From the human T2T-CHM13v2.0 reference genome, Homo sapiens: a stretch of 64,000 nt of DNA. The translations under genes and the position numbers were made by a program. This document shows positions 1-14,040 of the stretch, one piece after another (positions within the stretch are counted from its first letter, which is position 1; each line of letters starts with the position of its first letter). Where the stretch lies: NCBI RefSeq assembly GCF_009914755.1, contig NC_060929.1, one strand, 5' to 3'. A model generated the notes under the pieces. That model did no database searches. It had not been told where the DNA came from and was given only the letters and a program-made list of their open reading frames with translations.

Positions 1-1670
1 TGCAACTTCAGTAAGAATATTTTATCCCTTGAATAAAGGAACTTTTAATTTGCAAATAGAATACAAATGTAGTTCATTAAACTACATGAAATTCTTTAGA
101 GAGCCTGCAATTATGTTTGATCAAAGAAATTTCCAGTTAATACAAAATTAAATATCAAATGCTTTGCACATAAAGTAAAGGAATTAAGTAAGTTCAACAT
201 AATTGAAATTTACCTCCATTCATAAATACATATGTGACTTGACTTGTAAATATAGATATTTTTATTGAATTAATTTATCTAATAATTCAACTTTTACTTT
301 TGTAATTTTGAGTATATTAGTAATTAAATAGAGTTTAAGGCAAAAAACAGTTATTTGAAAAATTACAACAAATTTGATTGTGGTATTAATTACAACATAT
401 AGATTGTGGTAAATAGATAGGTTAAGGAGAATGACGTAATCACACAAAGAAATACGAGGAGGAAGGTTTCAGATCACTTAGCCTCTGTGAGAGGCATTCG
501 TGCTTAGACTACAGCAAGCTGGGTGTATCATGGTTTTGCTGCATGGGAATCCACTTTCCCCTTGTTCTTTTTCTAGTGAATACAGTAAAATTGACTGAAG
601 ACTTAATAGTGGGTAAAAAGCAGTGTGTGTGGAGATGCCAAAATGTCTGAGATTAGATGTAATCTATTTTAGAGAGATCTGGGTAAAGGCAGCTGTGCAA
701 CATCTGGGATCTTGAGGTCCTAGGGAAATTTGGAATCCCTTTGGCTTTGCAGAGAACACTGTTGGTTCTCTTGGGAATATGAGTTTGAGTGAAGACCTTT
801 CCAGGGGTTTCATGCAAAAATTTCATTCCCAGAAGCTAACTGTCAGACAAAAACAGGAGCATTTGGAGTATCTTAGCAATCTTGCTTATACCCGCAAAGA
901 TGAAGAGTAACATATAAAGATCACCGTAAATAAAAATTTGAATTTAGTAGCAAATTTTAAGTGCAAATATGACCAATTGTGTTTGATGATTTATTAGATG
1001 TGATTCATTTTAAAGTGCCTGTTGAATTAAATTACAGACAGTTTTACTGCTGTTATTTGAAATATGTCCTATACATGGAAAGCACTAGAATTTCAATGTG
1101 TTGCTCTAAGTATTTTAATGTTTAAATAGAGTCAACTTTGATATTTTGAAAATATTTAAAATGATCTTTCCACCTTAGTAATTTCAGCAAAGTAAATTCT
1201 CTATAATAATTTGGCATGAAATTAAAAAGGTAGACTTAAATGGAAAAAATAACAGGTTCTTTTATGTTTCCTTGTATGAGTTTAAAGATCAATTATTTTA
1301 TCATTAATTCTTTTAGAAGCAATAGAGGTATTTTAATTTTTTTACTTGTTTCAAAGCTGTATTTCTACCTCTTCTGTATTATTTTATAAACATTTTTAAT
1401 CATAAAGTTTTCCATTTATATAGATTAGTTTTTATTTGCTTGGATAATCTCTTAGTAGATGTGTTCTGAATATGAAAAAATGCTATCTTTTTAATTGTTT
1501 TGCATCTCAAAGGATTTATCTTTGCTGTTAATAGCTTTCTTTTAATCTATTTGAAAATTTCTTTAAATGATTTATCTAACTTTCATGATTAGAGTGAAAA
1601 TCTATGGAAGATTTTGGATAAAAAGAAAAATACAAATAAATATTTAAATACACTTAAGAAAGACTTACTA

Positions 1671-1995
<325 letters not shown>

Positions 1996-2261
1996 TTACC
2001 ACCGTTGCTTTTTAAAAAATATTTTGCCTCAAATTGTAACAAGTGTATAATGGACAGCACACACGGATCATTTAAATTGGCTTCAGTTCAACTCAACCTA
2101 CCCTCTTATATTCAGTAACATAAGATTTGAACACAAATTAAATTATCTGATTCTCATTTTAATTTAATAGAGTTATAAGAATTAACCAAACCAATATATA
2201 ACATGACAGGTATCTATTATACTTCTTGGTATTTTACTAAATATAACTATCTTTCACTTAC

Positions 2262-2310
2262 CTGTCTTGGATTGAATTCTTTTCTACAAAATGTAACTGA
2301 GCCTTGAAAA
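2262..2310 (-). other. candidate 49-nt internal exon of an unidentified minus-strand transcript
   Basis: Minus strand reads tgcatctttctttttag|TTTTCAAGG...CCAAGACAG|gtaagtga: polypyrimidine acceptor plus consensus donor in non-repetitive sequence. Confidence 0.35.
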
Positions 2311-2944
2311 CTAAAAAGAAAGATGCAGTTCAATACTTTAAAAACTGTACACCATCAATTTATGCTCTTTATTTTTCATATTTTTAAAATTTTTATGTCT
2401 GGTGAGATTTCTTTGGGAAAAAGTTTGTATCCAGTACATTTATACTACTATCCATTTGAATTAATCATAAATTCCAGCATATTTTTAGATTTTGCTTTGG
2501 GAAATAATACTTTTCTTTTTACGATAGTATTTTTAAAATAAAAACCCTAGAAAATTATTTTTAATAATTTAATAAGCACTTAAACCCGGAAACATATCAA
2601 TTTTCCTTAACCTATTGCCCAGTTTACACTATTACACTTATTTATAAAAATTTTATATTGAAAACCTGCAAAGTCATATGCAGTATCACCCAACTATGCA
2701 TCTATAATGTGATTCCAAGGCAGCACGTATGTGCACTACAACAACATGTGTAATTATTCATAAGGTTTCAAAGATATCGTTAAAAATTTTGTAATAAAAG
2801 AACCATCTAACTAGAGCAAGGAATTTTAAGTATCTCTGATTTTCATTTAGAAAAGTAAAATTATCCATTATGCTAAATCTTTGTTATTTTCTATTCCTTT
2901 TCCAAATCCATTAGCTAGTTTGAGTTTGTCATTTTATTGTTTCT

Positions 2945-2947
<3 letters not shown>

Positions 2948-2977
<30 letters not shown>
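2948..2977. repeat. poly(T)30 tract
   Basis: Direct reading; no adjacent Alu or L1 body. Confidence 0.95.
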
Positions 2978-2982
<5 letters not shown>

Positions 2983-4384
2983 GGGGGCAATTAAAAGATC
3001 AATGTGTAGTAAGATTTACTTGGAAGCACAAAATATTAATGAAAAGGAGAGGGGTTGTATTACGCTAGTGAACTTTTAAGATGTCTTTGTTTCAGAAAAT
3101 CAGAGCTGACTTTATGGATGTTGTTATAAATGGGGATTATTATAATAATTTTAAAGTTTACATGCAGTAAAAACTGCATAAAATATCAATAGTATTCTCT
3201 TTGGAGCATACTTCAAATACACGATACAAAGCACTTATTCTGAGGTCTAATGATGTTACTTATTAGCTGGGACAAATTGGAAGTCAGCTTGTCAGTATTT
3301 CTGATACCCTCTGCAATATAAGGACAGGAGAGGAACAGTTTAATCAAGTGTGACAGTGGCATCATTAAAAGTGCCAAGCTGTGTCACAAAGGGATTGCTG
3401 AAGCAGTGTTCTCTAGAAACTCCATGAAATAGCTAAAACAAAACTTAGAATTCTGAGGAAAAAATTTTCATTGAAATTGACAACAATAAATATTAAAATT
3501 AAGGCCTCAGGGTAGCCTCAAGAAGAAAGTGGACAGAAATTAAAGGAAGAAGAAAATGAATAAAAGACAACATCAAATAAAATAAGATGCCTATGCATAG
3601 AGATAAATTAATTTGTTTATTAATTTCACAAAGTTACATCTATAGAGAATCTATACAGGAAAAAAGCTGGTACATTTTTAAGAGGAAGGCCAAAAACTGT
3701 CACATGAGGGTAGGTTATATTGATACCATGCTCAGTTACAACATATTTTTCAAAGTTCCATAAAGATAGTTCACGGTGAATTGCTCTAATCAAGAACTGC
3801 AAAATGAGAATATTAAAACAAATTGAGACTCATTCTGTCATATGCATATAAAGAAAAGAAAAAATATAATCTATCTGACTATTGTATGCCTATAAAGATA
3901 GAAGGGAATTGTGGACCCCAAAATAAGTGACATGTTACTCTAAAATTTCTAAAAGTATAGGCCTGCTCATTTCAAACATATTCAAGAGTGACTCAGCATA
4001 AATAACATGCTGGGGAAGATGATCTGGGACACAATAAACAATGCAAATAAAATGCTTTCCTGAGTCCATATTAAAATATGTAACGTGAGTTGATAAAATA
4101 AAATATAACCCCCTTGTTCAATCTAGCTATTAAGTTGAGGTTAGCATATGTAATACATTTAAGTAACAAGTCACATTTTCCCATCTTTTTTTCAAACTAC
4201 AACTTGGATGTGAATAGAAAACGTATTTTTCCCCCATAACTAGTTTTTCTTTCTTCCTGAGCACACAATCACTAGTTATTAGGAAAGTAGGGGTAATAAC
4301 CAAAAACTGTTTCTGAATCTATTTAAAGATTATCATATTGTATGTATTTTATTATATATTACATAGTACAATATGTGTGTAATA

Positions 4385-4447
4385 CATATGTAGTATAGGC
4401 ATCACATACACATTATATATATGTGCGTGTGTGTATATATATATATA
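4385..4447. repeat. TA/TG low-complexity microsatellite
   Basis: tatatatatgtgcgtgtgtgtatatatatatata. Confidence 0.8.
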
Positions 4448-4449
4448 CT

Positions 4450-4900
4450 ATATTGCCTCTCATCTCCAAATCTACCATTCATTGTCTTCTTTATGCAAAT
4501 GATGCTAGACTCTGTAAAGACATCTTCACCAGATGACATAATGTTAAGCTTTGACAATAGATGGCTCTGTATGGACTCTAGAGAAGTAAAGGGCTTCTCT
4601 TCCTTGGTTTGAGTGTGCCCCTCCTGCCAGGCTTCTGCAGTGTACACCACAGTTACTGTAGAAGAAGTTGGTTCTTTCAGCGTGGGTGACTTCTCCAGGA
4701 ACAAATTCTTGCAATACACACAACTTCTGCTGCATGTACAGCTTTTCCAGCACCTGGCTCTTAGACCAGGAGCACATTTCTAGCAAGTTCTGCCTAATGC
4801 ACATTAGCAGCTTTTCCACATCCAGTAAACCACAGCTTTGTCCTCCCTAATGATAGATCTCAGCCCTGAAGGAGAGATTCTCTACTGGATGGGGATGCTC
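4450..4900 (+). mobile_element. ERVL-class LTR (LTR41/LTR52-like)
   Basis: TATTGCCTCTCATCTCCAAATC...ATGTTAAGCTTTGACAATAGATGG resembles the LTR41/LTR52 5' region as I recall it; followed by ERVL internal sequence. 3' boundary approximate. Confidence 0.6.
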
Positions 4901-4989
4901 ATTTTTATAACAAGAACATGAATCTTTTTCCACCCTTTTGCCATTTGCTCATAGCTGGAGTCACATCTCAACATTCACCAGAGATAGTA

Positions 4990-5560
4990 GTATACACGAT
5001 GACCCAGGGAGAAAAAAACTTCTGCAGCAAAATAATCACAAGACTTTGCTTACATATATCAGCAGAAAGCTGGAAAACCTGTGTGAGAGTGGATTCTAAG
5101 GATCAGACAGGATAGGATATAACACTAAATTGGGTTTTATTCATTTTTACGGGTGTACCTAATTTAGCTCTTACAGCTGGAGATGACTGGAACAGCTAGA
5201 AATAGCTCTGTAATTGGCAGATTAAATGAAACTTGATTTAGTGGTGACCTATATTTAATGAGGCTGAGATCCCAGAGTTCCATAGCATAATATGGAGCAA
5301 GGAATTAGAAAGCTTGGGGATATAGGGAAGTTTTATTGGATTTATCATGTGTGCTTTGTATACCCAGACCCCAGGTGAATTCCATGTAGCCCAGATATAA
5401 CCATAGGGAATGCTGTCATTGAGATGCACTTCCTGATTTCAGTGGCGATTATGGGATCTTAAAATATTGGAGGTCAAATGGCAACACTTAACATCAAAGG
5501 CAATGTGGGCACATCTACTGTAAAGAGAAGCAGGGCTATATCAGATAACAGGAACATTCC
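4990..5560 (+). mobile_element. decayed ERVL internal (gag-like) remnant
   Basis: GAGTGGATTCTAAGG...AATGAGGCTGAGATCCCAGA...GGTCAAATGGCAACACTTAACATCAAAGGCAA resembles HERVL/ERVL gag; no intact ORF. Confidence 0.7.
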
Positions 5561-5654
5561 TAAACTGCTTCAGATGAACTAGATTTGTTAACAAGTGTTC
5601 TAAATGGCAAAATACAAAGTACATCAATGCTTTTCCAAAAATTATTGTTATCTA

Positions 5655-5699
5655 TGTGTGTGAGTGCATGTGTGCACGTTTGTGTGTGTGTGTGTGTGT
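5655..5699. repeat. (TG)n interrupted microsatellite
   Basis: Direct reading. Confidence 0.85.
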
Positions 5700-6498
5700 T
5701 GCACAAATGTTTGGTCAAAAAGGAATCACAGCCTTGCAGAAATAGAGGGTGTAAACATTTGGGGAGCTGACAATAAAAACTGCTAAAAATAGTTTTCACA
5801 CATATTTGGGAGGAGAGAAAATCTTACGTGGGATTCTCTCATGGTTTTGTGATAGCCTGCTCTATCTCTTATAAGTCTTTCCATGTTTGTTATTTAAATC
5901 GCAGCAAGATGGTCAAGAAAGACAGTATTTTCCCATTCATATCTAGGACAGTATATCACCAGAGCTCCTGATATCATATTATCTTAACTCATATTTTAAT
6001 ACAGAGTTTGAGGATTTTCCATCTCTAAAAAAATAAGGAAAATTATTTTAATATAGCAGGCATAAGGCTAAACTTAATAACACTAATATTTGGGGTTAAT
6101 AGAAGATAAAAGAAAGATAAATACAAAGACAAAGAGAAAGACAGAAAGAGGAGATGTAATTCTCATTATGCCACACAACCCCAGGCAAGTTCTCTTTTTT
6201 CTTTTTTTTTTTAAGAATTATACGTGAATGAAAAACTGTAGTGAAAATAGTAACACTTTCCTCTAGCAATGTGTAGCTGTAGCGTAAATGTGTGAAGTGT
6301 ATCATAAAATCCAACTCTACTTGTCACAATACAGATACAGAGATTCAAGGAGCACCCTCTCATCTGGTAGTTAATGATAGGTCTCTCTATTTATATATTT
6401 TTTCTTTTGTTGTAATAGAAAAAAGTATTTACTGTTGCACATCTGAAAATACAATATCATATATTTGATCATTATTATAGCTTTGGGACATTGGCTGG

Positions 6499-7191
<693 letters not shown>

Positions 7192-9949
7192 TTAGTTAAC
7201 TTTAAACTTAGGTGAGGAGAAACCCGCGGTGCCTCCAGCCCCTGCCCTCTCCCCCTTTTCTCCTGATACACACTAGTAGAGAAATACTTCATGGAGGATC
7301 ATCCTTATTGAGTATAAATACAAGAGCTAAAATTTATCTATACCTCCCCCCAAAACACACACAAACACACACTCTCTCTCACACACACCATTTTGACTCG
7401 AGGAAGATACATTTTTCTGGGTTACTCCAAAATGTGATGTTTAGACTGTATACTATTCTTTTGTGTCAGACTGCCCTATTATACATTACACTTTTCATTT
7501 ATTAATGAATAGAACATACATTAGTTCCCTAACTCCCTGCTTCTAAGTTCTTGAAACTTTCTTTTAAAAATATTCTACTTTATTCTTTCTACTTATCTCT
7601 TCTTTATTCTGTCTCTTCTGTCACTCCTCAGTGTCCATTTCTATAATAAATTGGTCACTGCATATTTGGGATAAGCCATATTCTTGTTCTTGGCATATTA
7701 GAGTGCCCACTCATTATCCAATTATGCTGTCTGCTCAAGGCAGACTCTTACAGTGGAATAAAGAGAGCTCCTTCATACCTTTTTAATTTACTCTTTTCAG
7801 GGGAAACTCATGAAAGAAATACTTTAGTGGATATATTTCCCTCAGCGAATCTAGCTATAATACATTAGAAAGTTGAGGATGAATATTTAAAAATTACCCC
7901 TGGAAGAGGTTTCATTCAGTGATGAATACGTACTCAGCACACCCCTGCCTCCAGGAATTATCAACCTATGATTATCAATTAAAAATCTGTTTTTTAAACT
8001 CATATTCATAACTCTATTAATACAATAATATTACTAATTAATCAAGTAAAAACAAGGCCATAGAAACATCAATTTCTGTGCTCTTTAGTTCAGGCATGTT
8101 TTCACCCATATGGAAATAGCTACCTCTCAGTAGATCAATATGCCTCATAATCCTTTATGAAAAATGTACAATTAATTTAATACATATTTTAATTTTTGTT
8201 CAAGAAAAAAATGATAAGCTTAGAAGATCATCTTCATCATGCAAAATTATAATTTTTAGACCTATCCAGAAGGTTGGAGCTTTCAAACATTAATATCAAC
8301 CATGCTGCAATGCTTCAGTTGACATTCAGTCTGGCAACTGGCTAGTTCTCTTGAGCCAAGCAGTGCATTCAATAAGGCCTAAACTTATAGGACCAAATTT
8401 AATTTTACCAACAGGAGAATTTCCTGGTATTGCTATCAGGAGAAAAATCTTTTTTCCCTCATAACAGGTCAAAGACGAAGAGCAACAATCATTTTGCTTT
8501 ATTTGTCTTGAGAAATTAATTCTCAAGTTGACTCAGCTCCCATATCCAACCACAAACGGAGTGAGATTTTGACACAGGGAAGAGTTTTTCTTATGTTTAC
8601 TCTTTTCTTTTTCCTGCCTAGAATTCTTTATCAAAGCTTTGTTTCTGAAACCCTCAACTCTACTAAGTTTAAATCATGCAACTTTTAATGTCAATGTACA
8701 ACTTACTTCATTGTGTCTTATCATCATTTCACTCCAATTATACAGATATAATCTCCATTTCCACACAATCAAGTGTTTTCTCTTAAACAGCTTAGATGAG
8801 ATTTTCTATTTCATTTACTTTCTCTGGGGATATTTTGTGTTACCTCAGTATTGTCCTTCCTGTTCTATAAAGGCGTCTTTTTATTAAACTATCTAGCTTA
8901 TCCATAATCTCCTATACTCACCCTTTCTTATTTATATATAACTAAGTATAGTCATACTTTATAGACAGAATCAATTGCATACAAGCATGTGATACCCGTA
9001 TTCGACTTACCACTTTTAAGATGTTTACATACATTGTTAAATTTTATCATATATCTTCAATTATTCTGAGAATAAACTGCCAACCATTGACATTCCTTAG
9101 CCATGATAAGCAATCTTTATGTTTCCTTTTTTATTTTTATCTTTTTAGTAGAACTGACTGAAAGTGAGTTATAAAATTTTATTCCTTATCCTGTTTGGCT
9201 TTTATGACCTACCATTCTTTCATTTTCTTTAGGTGTTTCTCTATATAAACTATATTTTAGAAGTAACTCCAACTAAATGACAAGCACAGTGTTCTTGATA
9301 TTACAGTTATCAAACTGTCCATAATATTGGTGAACTTTTGAACTGCTATAAAACTAGTGGAACCCCTTCTTATTCCGTAAAATCACAGAATTACTTCTAT
9401 TACTTCTGAATGTATCAGAGCCACTGACTCATAGCATGAATATTTTACAAACATAAATTTTCTTTTAAAATAATATTTTTTATTTTTGTTAATTCTCTAT
9501 AGAAAATTGTCAATAATGATTGTCCATTATTCAGATAATAATAATTTTATTTGAATCTCTTTTTTATAACAAAATAACAGTGATTCTCTCATTCTCACTT
9601 GATGATGAGTTGCTGTAAATGCAAGGCTTTATCTGTAGTTGATCTTTCTACTTAAATACATTCTTCATTTGGTTTCCACTATTCCTAAAAGTACGTTCTC
9701 ATCTGCTTTGTAATGATCTAGAAGTTTATTCACTGGTTACTCAATCAACTTAAACTCTTCTCTTTACTTTTCAAATGCTCTATAATCTGATTTCTCTGTC
9801 ACACTAAACTCAGTACTCCATATCTAGATCTTCTATATTTAATCAACTTCCTGATTATCTTTAACCTTCTATGCTAAATCCCATCTTTGCTAATGTTTAT
9901 GTTACTCCCCTACTCATAATGCACTTTACTCCTCAAAAGCATAATTTTG

Positions 9950-10145
9950 GAATTTGATCCCGGTACCATAATAAATTGTATTTCTTTTTATCTTCATGGC
10001 TCTGTCTTTACTCATGTGTAAAATATCAAAATAACAATACCTACCTTAATAATTTTGAAGGTGATTGAAATAATACATGCAAAGGTAATAGCATAGCAAA
10101 AGTACCTGATATGCCATAACTGCTTAATACAAGTGAGTTATTATA
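9950..10145 (+). mobile_element. MIR remnant
   Basis: CTCATGTGTAAAAT...ATAACAATACCTACCTT...AATACATGCAAAG MIR core. Confidence 0.6.
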
Positions 10146-11084
10146 TTTTCTTCTGAAGTCCAAATTATAGTTATCTGTGCCAAAAAAATGTTGTTACTTA
10201 TGTTATTGCTTTGGGGAATATTTTTATTTCTTCATATAGACTATAAGAGATAGTCTTTTAAAGGAAATAAATCTAAGTTGTGTTGGAAAGAATTCAAATA
10301 CTAGATAGAGAAGTTACTGTTTCTGTTCAATTATTTGCTTGAACATTTTACGAAAAGACACTACCTTCTTAGATGGAGCTGAATGCTCCAAATGGTTCTG
10401 TTGGCTTGACATATTTACCTTCTTCTTCAGTACAAGTGTGTCTTTCTGCAATATATATTCACTAGTCCACCTACTATTTGTTGAAATTACAAGAGAAAAT
10501 AAACAATAAAAGATAGTTTCTAAGTACTTCTGTGTTTTTATTCTCTGAGATAAGAATTCTAAGTCATAAAAGTGCTGTTCAGATTTTTATAAATGCTAAT
10601 GAATAGTCTTGCCAATGTATTTTAATAGAACTCATGGAAAGCTAAATCTGCATTGTGTTTTTTACATTTATCTGATTTGATTTCCATTGTATTACATACG
10701 GTGATTTGTGCCAGAAAAGAAACTGTTTTAGATTGTTCAAATCCCAATGTTATCATTTATGAATTTATGGTTTGTAAGAATTTAATTATAAAAACTTCTT
10801 TTGGTTTCTACATTTTAATAGCTGGTCACATAGGCTGAATTATTATTTATCCTACAGAAGATAATAATTATTTTATATTTTTCCTTATTATTTTGTAATA
10901 AGAAAAAAATAGGATTATTTTCTGTAGTATAAAATAAGATTATCCTACATGATCATGTGTAGGATAAATAATTGCTAGGTGGGGAGTTTGAATCACAATA
11001 GGAATAATTATAATAATTACTATGGCAATAATAAAAACATGAAAATTATAAAAAAGGAGAGGTAGAACATAAAGTATGAAAAAT

Positions 11085-11295
11085 AGATAATTACTAACAT
11101 TTATAAAAGATTTATTGTGTGCCAGGAACTGTACTTGATACTTTGTTGATTTTAATGAATTCTCAAAATAACATACAGATAAATATAATTGACATTCCAA
11201 TTTGAAAATAATGGAATCTAAGTTTTAAAGAGTTCAAATGATTCATTCACTGTTATGTGTCTTGTAACATGATTCAGTTTGGAAACTCACATGCG
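11085..11295 (-). mobile_element. MIR remnant
   Basis: CTAACATTTAT...TGTGTGCCAGGAACTGT...AATTCTCAAAATAAC, reverse MIR. Confidence 0.65.
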
Positions 11296-11716
11296 GATAA
11301 GCAAAAAAAAAAAAAAATTATAAAGGCCATGTATTTTGAGTCCTTTCTTAGTGAAGTTAAAATTTTATTTTGTACATAATTATCACTCAGTGACTAAGAT
11401 AATATTATCAGTATAGACCCTCACCTTATCGTTTACTAATGAATATTAATGATTTTATGATCGTCTCTCTATCAAATCTTAAACACATATACAACATACA
11501 TATAATATATGCACACAACATTTTCAAATGTAAGACTGGGATAGTTCCTTTCTGTAAAACACATAATATAAACATATGATATATCCATATATATATAAAA
11601 TTTTTTTCTGGAATTAGTGGAAAATATTATTTACAATCTACAGGACCTTTCTTTTTAATGACATTGTTTCAAATTTAGCACCAGAGGAAATATGAATAAT
11701 GGTTGGTTTCAGGATG

Positions 11717-11885
11717 TTTGTTTGTTATTATTATTATTATTTTTTAATTGAGACAGGGTCTTGGTCTGTCCCTCAGGTTGGAGTGTAGTGGTACAATCAC
11801 AGCGCTACCTCCTGGGCTCAAGTAATCCTCCTATCTTAGTCTCCCGAGTAGCTGGGATGACAGGCGCATGCCACCATGCCTGGCT
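11717..11885 (-). mobile_element. free Alu monomer (FLAM/AluJ-arm-like) with (TTA)n tail
   Basis: Single ~135-nt arm; residual TSD GGTTTCAG at 11705-11712 and 11886-11893. Confidence 0.85.
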
Positions 11886-12712
11886 GGTTTCAGAAACTTT
11901 CAAAAATAGTTGATATCGTCTGTGTAATTTGAACATAGGTTCCCTTCAAGCTCCTTAGAAGTAAAACGATATACCCAAAAAATTGTTGTATTCCTTAACA
12001 AGACATAACATAAATTACATTACTTTGTCATTTAAATTTTAGATTATGTTGTAGAGTCTACTGGCAAGAAGAGAAATAAGAACATGAAGAAAGTTTTTTG
12101 TGAGAGTAATGTAGCATTCTAAAAATTACTTTTATCTTCCTTAAATTTATATTGCTACATATCCTTTATAAAATTAAAAGCATACTCACTAGCTTAGCAA
12201 GTTGATAATCTACATTATGAGTTTAGCCAGATAATTACAGTGTTATATCAGAATATCTTGAGATAGCATAAGTTGAAAAAAATGACAAATATAAAATAGC
12301 AAGTCAGACACTACATTTTCTAAAAATGGACAATTTATTTTTCTTCACCAGAAAATAAACTATATACTAGAGATGATGATCAAATAACTAGCTTTTTACT
12401 ATAGTATTGTTAGAGAGGAATTTAATGATGCTTATTTCTCTAATAATCCTACTGTACTATTTTGTAGAATATATACTATATGTTTTTATTAGCTAAGCAA
12501 ATTGATTTGAGACGTAGTCTTAACTATTTTATCATTTTTTTGCTTTGACTTCATTCCTCTTCTTCCTGTGTAAAATGCAGTTCTCATGCTCAGCCCATTA
12601 GGGCAAGAATGGCATCTTCCATATGAGCAGAACAGAAATGTTAATGAACATGATTTCATGAAGAAGGAGGCTCAACCTAAACTTGACAATTTATTTAACT
12701 ACAGTTTAACCC

Positions 12713-12784
12713 TTTCTCGTGTAACAAGAATATTGATATTTTTATTGTTAAGTAAACTTATCAATATTCTTGTTACATGAGAAA
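12713..12784. repeat. 26-bp inverted repeat (72-nt hairpin)
   Basis: Arms 12713-12738 TTTCTCGTGTAACAAGAATATTGATA and 12759-12784 TATCAATATTCTTGTTACATGAGAAA; 25/26 complementary. Confidence 0.95.
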
Positions 12785-12932
12785 AACATTCATGTATGAG
12801 TTTTCTTAAGCAACTCTTACTTAGGTGGTCAATGTATGTAACCAGGCCTAATGTCAATCAGTACAGAATTGTACATAGTTATTCTTATACAAAAAAATAA
12901 ATAAGTGAAGTGCCACCCTGCTTTAAAAACAC

Positions 12933-13338
12933 TGCTATGGGTTGAATGTGTCCCCCAGACAAGCATGTGTTGGAAATGTAATCCTCAGTGCAACAGTATT
13001 GGAAAGTGGGGCCTGATGATTAGGTGATTAGGCCTTGAGTGTGGAGTGAATGGATTAAGGCCATTAGAGTGGGAGTAGGCTTGTTATCTCAGGAGTGGGT
13101 TTATAACGAAAGGGGCAGTTTGAGTCCCCTGTTCTCTCTCGATCTGTCCCTCTCCTTGTCTTTTCACCATGTGATGAACTTCTGCCATGCTATGTTGCAG
13201 CAAGAAGGCCAATGCCAAATGCTGTCAGCTTAATCTTGGACTTCCCAGCCTCAAGAACTGTGAGAAATAAATTCCTGTTCATTATAAATTACTCAGTCTA
13301 TGCTATTCTGTTATAGTAGCACAACGCAGACTAAGAGA
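12933..13338 (+). mobile_element. MaLR solo LTR (MSTC/MSTD-like)
   Basis: TGCTATGGGTTGAATGTGTCCCC start; GGACTTCCCAGCCTC..GAACTGTGAGAAATAAATT; 5-bp TSD AACAC at 12928-12932 and 13339-13343. Confidence 0.9.
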
Positions 13339-13699
13339 AACACCAAATGAATAAAAAGCCAGAAGACATTTGCTATTTAAAGTATATACATTTATAAATG
13401 TGAAAGATATTTTAAAAGTGACCCAGTCATAAGATAATGATTTGAAGCTAAGTATTTGCTTCCCGTTTTATAAAAATTTCATTGAAATTTTCAAGGAAAA
13501 ATAAATGTGAAATAAGAGAAAAAGCCTAAAATTTTCAGATGTTACACACACTTAAAATCTTGAAAGTGCAAAATAAAATTACAGAAACAAACCTATTCTG
13601 TTTCAAGTTTTTGAAAAATAAAAATATTTGAGCAGTGGCCTCTACAATTTATTTAACTAATTTCTTCGAAAAATGTCAGTTTCTCTATATTAAATTTAA

Positions 13700-14040
13700 A
13701 AAAAAAAACAAATTAAGAGGCACATAAAAGGCACACAACATTGAAAGGATTGGCTCATTCTAAGAAACTGGAAATAATATTCATGAAGAAAGCAAACTTA
13801 TAGTATGACATTAAACAATATGTAAAATATTTAACTTAGATTTTCAATGATAACCAAGAGGACACTGCATAGTAGAAAACTTCCAAATACCAACTAAGAC
13901 TATATTCAGAAAAAAAGGATTATCAATATCAAAATATAATGGATACAGTTAAACACAGATTACATGAACATAAAATTGAATTGGTAATTCAGTGTTCATC
14001 TTGAGAGTGTTTCCAAAAACACAGAAGAGACAAAGTTAAT
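13700..14040 (+). mobile_element. old L1M/HAL1 ORF1-like remnant
   Basis: A-rich sequence resembling the L1 ORF1 coiled-coil region; heavily decayed. Confidence 0.3.

Noticed and set aside
3440-3900. Possible old L1/HAL1 fragment
   Set aside because: A-rich with faint similarity only; I cannot support boundaries or family.
7221-7250. Possible CTCF site in the GC patch CCCGCGGTGCCTCCAGCCCC
   Set aside because: Only half of the core motif matches.
9011-9065. Minus-strand exon candidate with TG|GTAAGT donor
   Set aside because: Weak acceptor, stops in all frames, probable old repeat context.
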